Shown: in pieces, positions 1 to 13,095 of the stretch
Layout: each line of letters opens with the position of its first letter
How positions within the stretch are numbered: the stretch's first letter is position 1
Source: Podarcis liolepis
Lineage: Eukaryota
Assembly: GCA_965112155.1 (NCBI GenBank)
Contig: OZ218108.1
Length of the DNA: 64,000 nt
Strand: one strand, 5' to 3'
Notes under the pieces: generated by a model
Told to the model about the DNA's origin: nothing
The model's input: the letters and a program-made list of their open reading frames with translations, nothing else
Database searches by the model: none
Program-made: the position numbers and the translations under genes

Positions 1-323
1 AGCTAGAGCCATGTTTTCATACTGATAAATGGCCATAGTGTTTCAACAGTTCACATTCATTAGATTTTAGGACTAGAAAATCAGCATGCTAATGTTTCCA
101 TATACAGCTAACCCTTAAATATGCTTCCTAGGGGTTTTTTTAGAACCAAAGTTGTCATTAAAAAAGAAGTCCATATTCCCTTAATGATGTTTACCTATGA
201 AAGGATTTCCCGCCCTCCATCCCTTATCAATATATATTTAGGTTACATATTGCTAAGCATCATGCAACGTTTATAAAGACTGGTGATTTTGTTTTTTTCT
301 GAAGAATGTTAGATTAGTCCATG

Positions 324-356
324 CTCAAACTGCAGGAGTCCTCAAACTGCAGGAGT
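324..356. repeat. Tandem duplication, 17-bp period
   Basis: CTCAAACTGCAGGAGT at 324-339 and 341-356. Confidence 0.9.
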
Positions 357-1727
357 TTTTCAACAATTGGCCTATCTAATCTCTAAAAGTGGCAGAGGGC
401 ATCAATACAATGTAAACCATCAATCAATCCAGAGTCTTCTTCAGACATCAGAGTGAGACTTTGGGAGATTCACTTTCCATTTTTAGAATTTGGTCTGTGA
501 TTAGAATAAGTCACTGAACATTTTACTTTTTACTTGGCCAAAGTGTATACACCAGGAAAAAAGGTCTGACAGTTCATTCATTTTGCTCCATCCTGGAACC
601 AGATGATGTTTGACTGGTGAGACCCACCCTCTTTGATCTTGTAGTCTTTTGAGAGTGCCCTACTGTGAAAAAAATGTTATCCGTCCAAATTAAAGAGAAA
701 TATTTCTGCATCCAGCTGTTAAAATGTGACATGTTTGCCATTTTTCAGTATCCTGGCTAAGTGCCACCTTTCAGGCTGTGTTTCAAATCTATCTTTTTCC
801 CTTCTTCTCAGCAATGATGCCCACAATGTGTCCAACATCACTATATAACATCAACACGAAAAGGAAAATACAAGTAATACTTTTTATATCCATGGACTGT
901 ACTACAAATATTTACACATGTTCCTCTTGTGTGAATGTGTGTGTTAGGCTGTTAGAAAATATCTAAACCAGAAACTGTTTTGAACATTTCATGTTACATG
1001 AAATGAAATATAAGGAGTTTTTTAAAAAAAATTCTACCTAAGAAAAATGAACTACACTTTAGTTCTGATTACAGTACCCTAACCACAAAGTGAAGCCTGT
1101 GCAGACTTCGTTTACAAATGAAACGCGTTTGGATGTTATTAAGACTGTTTCATGTGCACTTGAGTCCACATCAAAAAAATGGCTCTAGTTCAGCAGGACC
1201 CAGTTCTGTTTAAATTAAGATGAACTTCTCATGAAAGCTTGAGTAAACATTTAGGTTTAAGTAATCAAGAAAACCTGTATCTTCTCATATTTATTAAGTG
1301 CAATTTTTAGAGTTATAAAAACTCCTGTCACAAGTTGTGTATACTGTAAATTAAGGATAGGCCACATCATTACAGCGTTTTCCCATCTATTGAGGTGAAG
1401 AAGACACAACAGGTTCCAATTTCTTTTTCAGCTTTATTTGTCTCTCTTCCCTCTTGCTTTGAGGTTTACTCATATTGATCACTGCTACATAGGCCATGAG
1501 ATATTCGCTTTATTTCTGTCCTGTAATTTATCTTAAGAGTAATGAGAACTATTCAGAATAAATTCTCTCGTACTCATTCTTCTAATACAATGCAAAAAAC
1601 CAAAATGGAATCAGGGGTGGCCTGGATATCTGACAACTGGTATTTGGAGCTATACCATCTCTGATGCTGGAGTTAGTATAACCATCATGATTGGTAGTCA
1701 CTGGTCGCTTTATCCTCCATGAATTTT

Positions 1728-1793
1728 ATACAACTGTAGAGTTGGAAGGTACCCCAAGGGTCATCGAGTTCAACCCCCTGCAATGCAGGAATA
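1728..1793 (-). mobile_element. CR1-tail SINE 3' fragment
   Basis: TGTAGAGTTGGAAGG..CCCCCTGCAATGCAGGAAT, as in 40801-40870. Confidence 0.65.
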
Positions 1794-2344
1794 ATTTGTC
1801 TGGTTTCCTTTAAAACTAAGCTAGTGGTGGCCATCTTCAGGAACAAATTTCAGTCACCCTGTGTGGATAAGTGCTTCTTTTTATCTGTTAAAAGACTCCC
1901 ACAATTCAGAGCCCCACCTCTGCCTTATACTTAAGTTTGTGGTCTTGGATAAATGACTGGTTCCAATTTAATCTAGAACTCTGTTTCCAGCTGTGATCAA
2001 CCAAGTATCTCCGGAAAGCGTAAAGAAGGGCAGGAGGAAAGCACTGTTCTTCGGTTTGTCAGAAGCATATGCGACTGGGATGTAAACATTGGCATTTAAA
2101 TCATGACTGATATGAGATGATTCCATGGGCAGAGCTGGGGTGAAGAAAATCCAGCAACTTTAGACAGAACTAAGGAAAGGTGTGACAGCAAGAGTAGGAC
2201 TTGCTACACATACTTTTAGAAGCATCAGACATCACTAAGGAATGGTTTGAGCAGTTGAAAAAACAGCATTGACCTGTTTCTATAGTTGTATTATTATTTC
2301 TACTCTTCTTTCATGTTTAACACAAATAAAGGTTTAAACAAACA

Positions 2345-2724
2345 GTTTAATTCAGAAATTCAATTCAGTTTGCATTTACTTTCCAAAACAATGAGAACCA
2401 AAACACAGCCAACCTTCGAAATGCTCACTTATTTAAACCTTGTTATGAGGTTTTCCAAAATGCATATATTACAGGAAAACATGCATTTTAGTGAAAGTAA
2501 CATACAACAATGTATGTTATTAGGAGAAATTGCTTCAAAAGTGTACATTAGTCAAAAGTACATACAAAATGTGTTTATTGGGAGAAATTTGCAGGAAAAT
2601 GTTGAAGAATTTTCATGAGGTGTTTTTTTTAAAGTCACAAATTGCTGAAGAAATGTAGAGAACTGAACTTAAATCTGTAAAAATGAGAAGCTGAGAGAAA
2701 AATTGACAGATCTTTTAATCCCTA
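2345..2724. repeat. Interspersed repeat (probable DNA element); inverted homolog at about 10220-10660
   Basis: GAACTGAACTTAA..AAAATGAGAA..GAAAAATTGACAGAT..ATCCCTA here versus TAAGGATG..ATCTGTCAAGTTT..TTCTCATTT at 10220-10270. Confidence 0.55.
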
Positions 2725-4084
2725 GCTATGGATATTTTTAATCTGTTTTTATGTGTGCTAGACACAACATAGTAGGGGGCTCACGTGCAACAACTAGATC
2801 TACAAACTGTATTTACATTCCTTTTGAATTTTAGTTTCAGAAGTAGGAAATAACTTCTCATTCATGCTGAATGTGAGTCTGTACCAGATTTGTGTGCCAA
2901 ATCTGTTTAAATATACATATATTAAAAAAAATTAGAAATGTAAAAAATTCATTAAATGCATGTTGACAAATCAGCATTTGACTTGTTTTCTCATCTGTTT
3001 CAACCATGCAATACAGGCTAGATGACTGGCTTTAATCATTTCCATGAATTTATGTTCCAAAATTATTCTCAACAATAATAATATAAAGACATCGCTCAGT
3101 CCTTTTTTCAAGACCACTGGATAGATATGAGACCCATCCTTTCAAATCAGATTCATAAACAAATATGGAAGAAGGTCCCCTTTTACAAGTCTACTGCCCT
3201 TGCTCTCTCCCTCCATCTCTTTTTTTCAAAGACCAACAAAACAGAAATCATTCTGGTCATAAATAATGTGCCACCTCTAGTTCTTAAGTAACATTTTTAT
3301 AGCTTCAAAAAGGGGGGGAGGAAGCCTAGAGAAATGTCCTGGAACTTTTTTCAAGAAGTTGTTTTAAAAAATGGGGGGAAACCCACACTACCACACATTA
3401 AACATTTGCCCTAATGAAGTAATGGTTTTCAAGGATCTTACTTCTTTTCTGTACTGCCTACAGTTTTATTTCGTTGTTGAAATGTGTCACTTTTAAAATT
3501 ATGATGTTTTCCTAAGTCTACTACATTCTCTTTCTAACCCCCTACAAAGCACATTTGGTTGTATCTGGGGCAAACTGACCTCCATTAGGTTATGAATAGC
3601 ATAAATTTAACATTTGAAAGTTATTCTAGAAACACTTGTAAACTTTATTTTTGGTAGCCTTTTCAGCTTACTCCATCCAGCAAGAATAAACTAAACCTAA
3701 AGACAGCTGTCAGGATCTCAAGAGAAGGCGAGAGGATACTATGAAGAAGTCCCAGTCCCAGGGAGTCCCTGATTATTACAAGAGTCACAGCCAGCTTAGA
3801 TAAGATACTGTTGGGACAGCAGCCCACTGCACAGCTGCCGCTGCTGCCCCCCAGTCTATCGTTTTGGACAGCTAAAATTTGTTTAACCACAGTCTAAGAG
3901 ACTTGGGTGCTAATGAACAAATAGTAGATCAACATGCCATGGTTTGCCCTATTTGGAGTAGAGATGACTTAATTTCACAATAGAAATCACTTTGTTCCTT
4001 TACTAGAAAAAAATATCATTGCATGAATAATAATGCATCAAATTAATGTATCACGATATCTGTAGTATTCTGTATAGCTGAATA

Positions 4085-4324
4085 CAGTCTTACCTTCGAT
4101 CCTGAATGCCTTGGTACTCGGACGTTTTGGCCGCAAACCCAGTAGTGAGTGTTCCCGTTTGCGAACATACTTTAGAACCCAAACGTCCGACGGCACTTCT
4201 GCGGCTTCTGATTGGCTGCAGGAGCTTCCTGCAGCCAATCAGAAGCCGCACTTTGGTTTCCAAACGTTTTGGAAGTCAAACAGACTTCCAGAACGGAGTC
4301 CATTTGACTTCCAAGGTACAACTG
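4085..4324. mobile_element. Tigger-like MITE with an internal perfect hairpin
   Basis: TA|CAGTCTTACCTT ... AAGGTACAACTG|TA; 24-bp perfect inverted repeat at 4200-4250. Confidence 0.8.
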
Positions 4325-5189
4325 TATTATGTAAGCAAGTGATCTTGTAGCAATACATCTTTCCTTATCATTCAATTTTATACAAAGTATTGTAATACAT
4401 TATACTGTTACCACAAAAATTAACAAACCCTTAATCCTCTTTGCTTGTTTTATGCATTAATCAAATGGCAACAAAATGATGTAAAAGAAGATGCATAGTG
4501 GTACACTGTAAATTATTTTGCCAAAACAACTGACCATACAATAACACATAGATGCAAGGAGTTTTAATGTTGCTAAATAAATATCAGGAATATGTTTTGT
4601 ATCTCCCCCCATACAATTATCCAAAATAAGAGAACAAAAAAGTGATGGCAAAATCAACTTATTAATAGGGTAGCATTTTTTCTGTTTTTTATCCATTTAT
4701 TCAAATGAATATTTAGGGATATTAACCCATTAGGTACTTGTAAAAATCCTAGCCTGTTTTACTAGCAATTGATCTAGGTTTTAACAGTATATCCACCTTT
4801 TTAGCTCAACTTATGAATATGCAGAAATAAAACCAATTATAGCAGGAGGGCTCCTATTGCTTCTTCCTATTTTGTCCCAGAGCTACAACTTGTTTACAAG
4901 TGCAATTCACATGAAGCATAGTGCTAGACTCCAAAAATCATGTGAAAAATTCCTCTGCATTTAAAGCCAATGTGGCCTAGAAGACTAAAGCACATCCCAA
5001 ATTTTTCATGGGGTTAAACAGATCCTGAAGTAGCAATCCTAGTTTTCCTCTCTCTCCCCCCCCCATCAATGTTGATGGGTGAGGGAAGATCACATCACCC
5101 AGATTTTTTCCAGCAAGAAAGATAGAAGCAATTTGAACATCAGGAATCCATTATGAGATTTCTATACCAATAGCCAAACTATATCTATT

Positions 5190-6125
5190 AACAAAATAAA
5201 ATGGACCTTGTCAAATCTTAACACAAACTGGATCCATTTTAATCAGATTCATTGTTTTATTTGTAAAAGCACAAGCTTTGAGACCCTTAACACAAATTTA
5301 TGGGTAAGGGAGGGGAAGGATTAGTTTCTAAATTTTACTCTATATTGCTTGAAGTAGCTTATGGATTTATGGAACCCCTTAAAAAGATATGGGCACTAGC
5401 TATTGGAACATAAATTCTTCCTAAGGATTAGAATAAAATTTGGGAATCTCAATCCTTAAAAATCTGTTTCCAGTTTTTTTTTTAGAGGAAACTTAAAATT
5501 ACTACACAGATAGTATCTCACTCCTTTGCAATTGTCAAAAATGCTTTCTTCTATATAACCTAATTGTTGGAAGAGTTGCAATAAAATTTGTACATAATAT
5601 CATTTAAGATAGGAATGTCAACTGGTGCAATATTTTTGGAATTTAATATTGATAGAAATAAGAAATATTACAAAAGAAAATTAATGTTACTGAATATTTT
5701 TGATGATACCAATGTAAATATATCATCAAAAGAACTGGTCTTATATATGATCTTGGTAGCCCCAATAGTAATTGCAACTCAATGGAAAACAGCCCAAAAT
5801 CTAACACTGTGGGTGCTTATTACTACTCACCCTGGAATCTTGCTAGAACAGAGAAAATGACACAACAAGGACTAGAACGTCCAGACACTTTTTATATCAT
5901 AATTATTTTGTGACATACGCAGTAGAACCACCATTTTCAAGACAACCCGCATCACAAACTTGGCAATCTTGAACTGTTCATAGTCTTTACTTGGAAATTC
6001 TCATTTTAACTCATGTGCAACTACTTATTCTGCATGCCTATTTTATTAGATCCTTTTTTCATCTTTTGCTCTTTGTCATTATAATTGCCCTTCTGTTTCA
6101 TGTAAATTAATAATAATTAAACCTT
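5190..6125 (+). mobile_element. Degraded L1-like ORF2 C-terminus and 3'UTR
   Basis: A-rich plus strand; peptide ELVLYMILVAPIVIATQWK resembles the L1 xAxxxIAxxWK motif; T-rich UTR ending in an AAT-rich tail. Confidence 0.55.
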
Positions 6126-6591
6126 TGCAAAATAATCGTATTGATTTGTGGTACAAACAGGAGGAAAGCAAGAACCCCTAAAAGATGATTTCAAGAGTTA
6201 ACATCTTGCCTAACATCTCAAAAACTTGCCACGATTTTGTAAGATTTTGGATAATTCCAATAAAGTTATTTCTCAGCTGTGAACTGTGAATCTTTTTCTT
6301 ATGGACTAACATAGCTACATTTGCTTTTAATAATATTTACATTATTGATTACTTTCCCCCACAACCTTATTTTATGTATCTTACATTTCATGACAAAAAT
6401 ACAATGACTCATTTTTCATTTCTGTAGAGGGTGGACACAAATAAGGAACTCTCTTCCCCGTCCCCACAAAAAAGAAACTTCTGAAATTCAGCATACTGTA
6501 ATCCACATGCTACTGTCAGTCCCCATCAGCTCAGATCCCATCCATGTATCATATATGTGAGGATTTTTTTCACAGTGTATATCACTATATA

Positions 6592-6818
6592 CAGTTACAG
6601 ATAGGTAGCTGTGTTGGTCTGCCATAGTCAAAATAAAAAAATTCCTTCCAGTAGCACCTTAAAGACCAACTAAGTTAGTTCTAGGTATGAGCTTTCGTGT
6701 GCATGCACACTTCTTCAGATACACACTGAATCTGAAGAAGTGTGCATGCACACGAAAGCTCATACCAAGAACTAACTTAGTTGGTCTTTAAGGTGCTACT
6801 GGAAGGAATTTTTTTATT
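6592..6818. mobile_element. Penelope-like retroelement terminal-repeat (pLTR) remnant arranged as an inverted repeat
   Basis: 89-bp arms 6632-6720 and 6730-6818 (1 mismatch, 9-nt spacer). Flanking direct repeat TATCACTATATA at 6580-6591 and 6818-6829. The motif CTGAAGAAG..CACGAAAGCTCA..GTCTTTAAGGTGCTAC resembles reptile Penelope ends as I recall them. Confidence 0.8.
6685..6722 (-). ncRNA. Minimal type I hammerhead ribozyme motif (Penelope-associated)
   Basis: Minus strand reads GTAT-CTGAAGA-A-GTGTG(CATG)CACAC-GAA-AGCT-C-ATAC: helix I GUAU/AUAC, CUGAnGA core, helix II, GAAA, palindromic AGCU helix III, and a UC cleavage site. Confidence 0.7.
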
Positions 6819-6942
6819 ATCACTATATAGTTACTTACACTGAACCACATTTGTGAGAACAGTCCATCTATTCCTACTTTTTCAGTTTAAAAAGTCAACT
6901 AAATATGTGCTGGTATATCAAATGAAAATCTACAACGATATT

Positions 6943-7430
6943 GGGTTGGATCCAGAGTTTCGTGCATAATGTGAGGGGTGCAAGCTTCCTTCCTTGCTCT
7001 TTATTTCCATGGAAAAATACTCCCCCAATACTCCACTGAATGACAGAGGATTTCATTTTACAATTCATGTGTTAAAGAAAGTGTACATAGTAGGGCTAGT
7101 ACAAGTTGACTTTCCTACTTCTACCTTCCCATATCAGTCCTCTGCAAAAACTCTACCAAGGGTCAGGGGACCCTGCTGAATGGAGTAGCTGTGGCATGGG
7201 CATTGAGGGAGAACACAAAAAATCAGTAGCAGCATCCTCCATAAAGTGAAGCTGGAAGTTGCCTCTACCCAATTTACAGGGGTCTCCCCTTATCTCCCCC
7301 CCCCATTGCCATACCACAGCCCACTCCATTCAGCAGAGTTCCTGACCTTTGGGGAAATGTTTGTAGGGGACTGATGTGAAAAATCAACTTGTGCCAACCC
7401 CATATGCACACTTAAATCAGGATCTAGCCC
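6943..7430. mobile_element. Larger foldback element(s) with internal inverted repeat
   Basis: Termini GGGTTGGATCC / GGATCTAGCCC; imperfect arms about 7100-7205 and 7305-7395 (CTGCTGAATGGAGT / ACTCCATTCAGCAG). Confidence 0.55.
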
Positions 7431-8236
7431 ATGACTTGTAAAATGGAAATCAAAGTTCAAGCATTCTGTAGCTGCCTTAAGAATTCTAATAATAAAAAAA
7501 CTGCTACAGGCAAAAAGAGTTTAGTGTGTCTTTCCTATATTATTGGCGAGATCGCTTTTCCAAATAGACAGATATACTCCATCATGTCATTTTGAACTTT
7601 TTCTGACCTTATTGCATAAAAAAGGCTAAAATTGGGAACAAATGTTTTGTAAGGAAAATATTTGTGACTTCAGATTTGTAAAACAGAGACTGTTTAAATT
7701 ATACAAATTTATTCTAGTGGACATGTTGTATGCATCATCAAAGGTAGATATCAGACCTCATTCTACTCTTGCATATGCTGCTGTAAAACCAACTTTAATT
7801 GTTGCTTTACATTAATACTCTTTATTTATACCAGTACAAACTAACGGCAGTGTGTGGCTCACATCAACGATAGCACTGCAATCTCAGAAAACATAAAATG
7901 CTATTTGTATGTTAGTTTAAATCTGAATAACCATAGGCCATCACTTCAAATTTAGACGGCAGCAAGATTCAGAGACTGTGGTAGCCATTTTGCTATCATA
8001 TTCACTGATGATTCTGATACAACAGAAATACTCATTTCAAATCCTTGCTTGTCCAGCACGTTCGAAGTAACAAAACACAACTCTGTTAATACAAAGAGCT
8101 GTGTAGTTCATGTAAGTATCTGTCCTCCTCCACCCTCACCCCATATTATCTCCAATCTGATTCTAACATCTTATATCTTTGTGTTGGATTTTAACTGGCA
8201 GGTGTCAGTATCATCTAGCTGAGACATTGTTTACCC

Positions 8237-8442
8237 CAGAGCTTTTAGAGCTGTGTGTCGCAACACGTTAGAGTGTCAGTTGCAGTGTGTAGGTGTGTCA
8301 TGCTAACGCTCTCCACGCTCCTCCTGGGGATGGAAATGGGTTAGTTTAACCTCTGGTTTGCTAGTAAAACTGAATTACTGTGTTGCAAAATGATGCATGT
8401 CTAAAACGTGTGTCACCAACATGAAAAGTTTGGAAAGCTCTG
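8237..8442. mobile_element. Non-autonomous hAT element
   Basis: TIR CAGAGCTTT / AAAGCTCTG; perfect 8-bp TSD GTTTACCC (8229-8236, 8443-8450). Confidence 0.85.
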
Positions 8443-10310
8443 GTTTACCCCATTTATTACTGGGGTTGATTTGGCAGATGGGCATAGGAAGATGGGCGTC
8501 CCCTCCCTGCTTCCCCACTCCATTTGCATCCCTCATGAAACTGTCTGCTCAATGAAGGAGGATGACACTGGAGACAGAAGGAGGGTACTGTTCTTTGGTC
8601 AAACTATATGATAGCTAGAACCTTGAAACAAGCTCATGGAATTTTTACTGGTATAACCTCAGTCCATTTTGGCTGAAAAAGAGGATATAAATATGATTAC
8701 ATACAAAATTTTCATTTTATTGATCTGTTTTTGTGACAGTGTTATATTTATTTGTGAAACACTTTTGTATGCCTTTTCCAAATGAAAGCATATAAATTAT
8801 TTTAATAAAATACACATATATACTAGACTGAGACATCTCCCAGGAATTCATTGCGCGTACAAACTTAAAAGGATCCTGTGTCACATTTTAAAAAATGTAG
8901 CTGAGGTCTGCCACCTTAAGCCACAATTAATGTGTTAGTCAAAGTGCCGAAGCGATGTTTTTGCTTCAATAAGCCAACACAGACTCCAGCAGTGTAATCT
9001 CAAATAACACAAACATACACTTCACAAGAGCATATGTGCTGGAAAACGTATTCATTAGCCATGTGCTTTTATTTAAACCACAAATAAAACCTAAAATGTA
9101 TACTATGTATATTTTAATTTCAGTTATAAGACCCTTCAAGTGTAAGCAGTGAGATACTGAGACTATTTAGAACTTGCTGACATTTGTTCAACCAATACAA
9201 AAAATGTTAAATTTACAAAAAGGGATCTGCATTTCTAAGTACTCTTGGAAGTAAGTTCCTCTCAAAGTTGTCAAACTTACTTCCAAGTACTTGTGGTTAT
9301 AATTGATCCATCACACACCAGTCCTAAATACGTTTAACTGAAAGTTGGTTGCATCCATCTGTCTCAGGAGACAATGGAAGAGGTGCACCTTCAGTTGGAG
9401 AGGTACAGTGCCTGCTATGGTTATAGAAAATGATATGGGAGATCTTTTGGCAGGCAACCCTGTCCTGCAGCACAGCCAGCCGAAAAGATTCTCAATAGCC
9501 ATCTGAGCCTGTGTGCTCTAGCTGCTGGGGATGGCGACCGATCGCAGGGGGCCTCAACTGCCACCCACTCGGGAAAGGGGGAAACAGCCATTATCCCGCA
9601 ATGGTTTGAACTTAATATTCTAACCTAGTCTTGATGGTCAGGGAAAGCAACAGTGGAAGGGAGAAACAGAGAGAATGAGCATAAGTGCATGGGCATAAGT
9701 GCCCTGCCACTACTGCAAAGCACCTTTGCATCCAAACTTTTATGTAAGAAGCTTGATTTTTCCCCCATTTAAGTTACTGTTTAAACAACAGATCAAATTC
9801 ATGTATTCTCTTCTTTCAGAGCTGTAAAGTTCTGTACAATGCACTGCCCCTGCCAAAAAATACATTCAAAGCCTTGCTCACGGTATCATATTATAATAAT
9901 TTATTACCAAACCACAAAATACAAAGTCCAAGAAACAGTCAAAGTATGAGAAACTCATGGGAGAAATTGTTAAGTAAGGAGTGAAATCTGGTATGTGAAC
10001 TCAGTTTACTGACATTATAGCAGAATTGGAACAATATTTTCCATTTAAATAAGGTAATGGAGATCTCCTGTCATGTTTCCCTCCAAAACTCCACTTTGAA
10101 TTTTCTGGATCTATGAGATTCACAGTATTCACTACAAGTTCATTTATGAAGTGCTGTGATTCTACCATGAGACTGGACCCAGAATAAAGTTTTAGGAACA
10201 TAATACCCTGACTTGCAACTAAGGATGAATGCATCTGTCAAGTTTGGTTCTTTCTGATTCTCATTTCTTCAGGCTTAAATTGAGTTCTCCACATCTCCAC
10301 TGCAACAGTT

Positions 10311-10333
10311 TGTGTGTGTGTGTGTGTGTGTGT
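10311..10333. repeat. (TG)n microsatellite
   Basis: Uninterrupted TG run. Confidence 0.95.
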
Positions 10334-11317
10334 TTAAAAGGAATCCATGAAAATTCCACATTTTAGTGTGAAGTTTTCCTAATATACACATTTTTAATAC
10401 AATTTTGTACTGTAAATACAGTATTTACACATTTTCCTTAATATTGGGCAGCTTTTGTTATTTTCACTAATATACACATTCTTATGCACACTTTACCCTA
10501 ATATTTCTGTATACAATTATTGGTTAAGAAACTGCATCAAAATATTAGGAAAAGTGCAAATTTTAAAGGATATTGGTGTTCTAGTTTGTGTATTTGTTTG
10601 GAGAGTGTAGATTTCATAGTTTCACCTTTAAATGCAAAGAAATTTCTTCCTTATCCCTGCCCACAACACATCTTCTTGCCCAGAGTCCAGAAAACATTTA
10701 TAAACATTGTTTCTCACTTTGTTTGTATCCCCTGTCCAATTCTTATTCAGGATAATGAGATTAGCTTCTAAAGTAAAACAGCAAAATTAGGTACAGATAA
10801 CATGAGATTTTCCACACCACCTTCTTTCCCTTTGATAAAAACTTTTGTGGAACTTAGGTTTTTTCTAAAATTAGTTTTCTGTTTGGTTTACACATGAAAT
10901 CTTTTCTTCTCTTGAGTAAAATCATATTACTAGATTGATTAAATATCAATTTTTCAAAATATGACTAGTGCTTTGTTGCCTTCAAAATGCATTATCTAAG
11001 TGTTCTTCATTTAATATAAAAAGCATATACAGTTGGACAAGGTTAACACCCACTATACTAGTCCTGCTGCCTTGTTGTTTTCTTCTAACCATGTGCTATT
11101 CCCTAAGAATTTGGTGCCAACATAAACATTTTACTTAAAATGTGCTCTTTGTCCTGTGGCATATATACATCAGTATAAATCCCACAGAACTTCACAGGCA
11201 ATTAAGACTCTTAACTGATTGTTAACTAGTTGGTGCATTAACGTATAACAGCTTTGCTCCTCTTTTAAAGGAAACTAAAACCAAACACACACACAAATGG
11301 ATAAGATATATATAAAT

Positions 11318-12370
11318 ACATTTTATTTATTATTTATTTTATTTATTAGATTTGTATACCGCCCTTCATCCAAATATCACAGGGCTGTTCAGAACATAAA
11401 AATACAAAATGAGAACTCAAAATATAAAATGAAACAAAAATAAACCAATAAACCCCCACTACAAGCACATTTAAAAGGCCATGGCATGTTATCAGCCAAA
11501 AGCCTGGTCATTTTCACCTGACGCCTAAAATTATATAATGAAGGTACTGGGCAAGCCTCCTTGGGGAGAGCATTCCACAAACGGGGAGCTACAGCAGAAA
11601 CGGCCAGTTCTTGTGTTGCCGCCTTCTGGACCTCTTGCGGAGGAGACACATAAAGAAGGACCTCAGATGATGATCGCATGGTCCAGGTTGGTTCATATGC
11701 GGAGAGGCAGTCCTTGAGGTATTACAGTCCTTAACCATTTAAGGACTTACAGTGGTACCTCGGGTTACATACGCTTCAGGTTACATACGCTTCAGGTTAC
11801 ATACACTTCAGGTTACAGACTCCGCTAACCCAGAAATAGTACCTGAACTTTGCTTCAGGGTGAGAACAGAAACTGCGCTCCAGCGGTGCGGCAGCAGCAG
11901 GAGGCCCCATTAGCTAAAGTGGTGCTTCAGGTTAAGAACAGTTTCAGGTTAAGAACGAACCTCCGGAACGAATTAAGTACTTAACCCGAGGTACCACTGT
12001 ATAGCTCAAAAAGCTCAAAACCAGCTCTTTGAATTGGGCCTGGAAACCAACTGGCAGTCAGTGCAGTTGGGCCAGGATTCATGGGAAATGCTCAAACCAT
12101 CTAGCCCCCCAAAGCAGCCTGTACACTGAATTCTGCACCAGCTATAGTTTCCAAACTGTCTTCAGAGGCAGCTCTACGTATAACACAGTAATTTAACCCA
12201 GAGTTTACCAGAATACAGACAACAGAAGTTAGGCTACACCCATGTCCCTGTCCAAATAGGGACACAGCTGGGCCACCAGCTGAAACGGATGAAAGACACT
12301 GCAGCACTGAGGCCACCAAATCCTCAAGTGACAGCAAAGGATACAGAAGTACTCCTACGTACCCGCTCCT
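11318..12370 (-). mobile_element. L2 LINE 3' fragment, interrupted by a MITE at 11750-11999
   Basis: (AATA)n tail at 11318-11350; minus-strand peptide AVAPRLWNALPKEA..SLYNFRRQVK typical of the L2 ORF2 C-terminus; sequence resumes after the TA-flanked insert. Confidence 0.8.
11750..11999 (+). mobile_element. Tc1/mariner (Tigger/pogo-like) MITE, family A copy 1
   Basis: TIR CAGTGGTACCTCGGGTTA / TAACCCGAGGTACCACTG; TA TSD; internal 16-nt repeats GCTTCAGGTTACATAC. Confidence 0.9.
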
Positions 12371-12729
12371 TCTGAGTGAGGGTAAGCCCATCAAGAGCAC
12401 ACAACCACCCATCCAATTTTATAAGCAGATAGACTGACTCTGAATTAGATGCTGCTATTGCAGACTAATCTCAAACTTGTATAGTTGACAAGCCGAGCTG
12501 AAAAGGGAAGGTGTAAAGTGCAGAGCATTTATGTTAGCCCGGCTGTATGTTTTTCCATCAGCTTTTGTTAAGGGCAGATAGTTAAACATCCCTAGAAATG
12601 TTAGACATTGCAGATGTTATTTACATGTGCCAGACACATGTGCCAGACAAATTCTTTTCTACTGCCCACCGTACAGCCAGCTAAGTAAACACGTGTTATC
12701 CCTTTTGGGGGGTAGTTTAACATCATGGC

Positions 12730-13070
12730 GGGACGTGGTGGCACTGTGGTCTAAACCACAGAGCCTAGGGCTTGTCGATCAGAAGGTCGGCAGTTCGAAT
12801 CCCCGCAACAGGGTGAGCTTGGTCCTTGCTCCTGCCAACCAAGCAGTTCGAAAGCACGTCAAAGTGCAAGTAGATAAATAGGTACCACCCCGGCAGGAAG
12901 GTAAATGGCATTTCTGTGTGCTGATCTGGTTCACCAGAAGCGACTTAGTCATGCTGGCCACATGACCCAGAAGCTGTACGCCAGCTCCCTCGGCCAGTAA
13001 AGCGAGATGAGCGCCACAACCCCAGAGTCGTCTGCGACTGGACTTAATGGTCAGGGGTCCCTTTACCTTT
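12730..13070 (+). mobile_element. Sauria SINE, full length
   Basis: Head GGGACGTGGTGGCACTGTGG, B-box-like GTTCGAATCC, core GTAGATAAATAGGTAC, tail CTTTACCTTT. TSD TTTAACATCATGGC (12716-12729) / TTTAATATCATGGC (13068-13081). Confidence 0.9.
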
Positions 13071-13095
13071 AATATCATGGCACAATGAAAATACT

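Noticed and set aside
3240-3264. Minus-strand ATT TAT GAC CAG (IYDQ), resembling the expected start of PRDM6 exon 4
   Set aside because: No AG acceptor before it, and it continues NDFCF rather than the recalled DGTLQHF. Exon 4 probably lies left of the window.
11735-11744. CArG box CCATTTAAGG
   Set aside because: Lies inside an L2 fragment next to a MITE; chance match likely.
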